Shown: one piece after another, positions 63,590-64,000 of the stretch
Numbering within the stretch: the stretch's first letter is position 1
How the letters are laid out: the number at the start of each line of letters is the position of its first letter
From: Obrimoposthia wandeli
Lineage: Eukaryota
Direction of reading: 5' to 3'
DNA length: 64,000 nucleotides
Assembly: GCA_977020255.1 (NCBI GenBank)
Contig: CDROCS010003230.1
Span: 62,001-126,000, forward strand
Notes under the pieces: generated by a model
What the model was told of the DNA's origin: nothing
What the model saw: the letters and a program-made list of their open reading frames with translations, nothing else
The model's database searches: none
Position numbers and translations under genes: made by a program

Positions 63590-64000
63590 AAGTTTTGAAG
63601 GTTTTTGACCCTTGAAGGTGCACCCTTGAAGGTGCACCCTTGAAGGTCTAATCAAAGTCAGATCAACACTATTATATATAACTTTGAAAAGTAGAAAAAT
63701 AAAATTTTTGAAGGTTTTATACCCTTAAAGGTCAAGCCTCGAAGGTCTGATCAAGTTCTGGTCAAGCCTATTATATATAACTTTGATAAGTAGAAATATA
63801 CATTTTTTGAAAGTTTTAACCCTTTAAGACCCTTGAAGATTAACCTTCGAAGAACCATCTGCAAAGTTCGATGGGCTATCCTATAGTTAAGACTGCATGT
63901 CAATACGTCCTTTAGTTAAAAGGTTATTCAAGTTTGAAAATATGTTACTAAGAATAGAAGGAAAAATAACATGTTTAAAGGTTTTAACCCTTAAAGGTCA
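63590..64000. repeat. Satellite-like repeat (~115-bp unit) containing a 14-bp CCCTTGAAGGTGCA triplication
   Basis: Repeated CTATTATATATAACTTTGA.AAGTAGAAA and CCCTT.AAGGTC blocks. Confidence 0.8.

Overview
AT-rich eukaryotic (probably animal) scaffold with one 186-nt N gap, dominated by a cluster of Polinton/Maverick (adintovirus-like) elements. Element A (1 to ~7400) is the right part of an element: MCP end, protease and pPolB. Element B (15201-26904) is nearly complete, with TIRs and a 6-bp TSD. B2 (~50360-52749) is a deleted sister copy of B. C and D are pPolB/TIR remnants (58.2-62 kb). Other content: a three-exon host G-protein beta subunit gene (33312-49104, minus strand), a decayed Mag-type Gypsy LTR element, and LINE, pogo and Tc1/mariner remnants. 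The most notable signals are: (1) a spliced TATA-binding-protein-like gene in element B, with a variant TATA box (TATAAACA) 33-42 nt upstream of many element genes; (2) short spliceosomal introns in viral genes, one at the same position in two divergent elements; (3) a twice-repeated 55-nt structured RNA-like motif flanking the pPolB of element A; (4) a ubiquitin-like domain upstream of that pPolB; (5) a tandem pair of probable gp2.5-like SSB paralogs. All family assignments come from motif reading by eye, not database searches.
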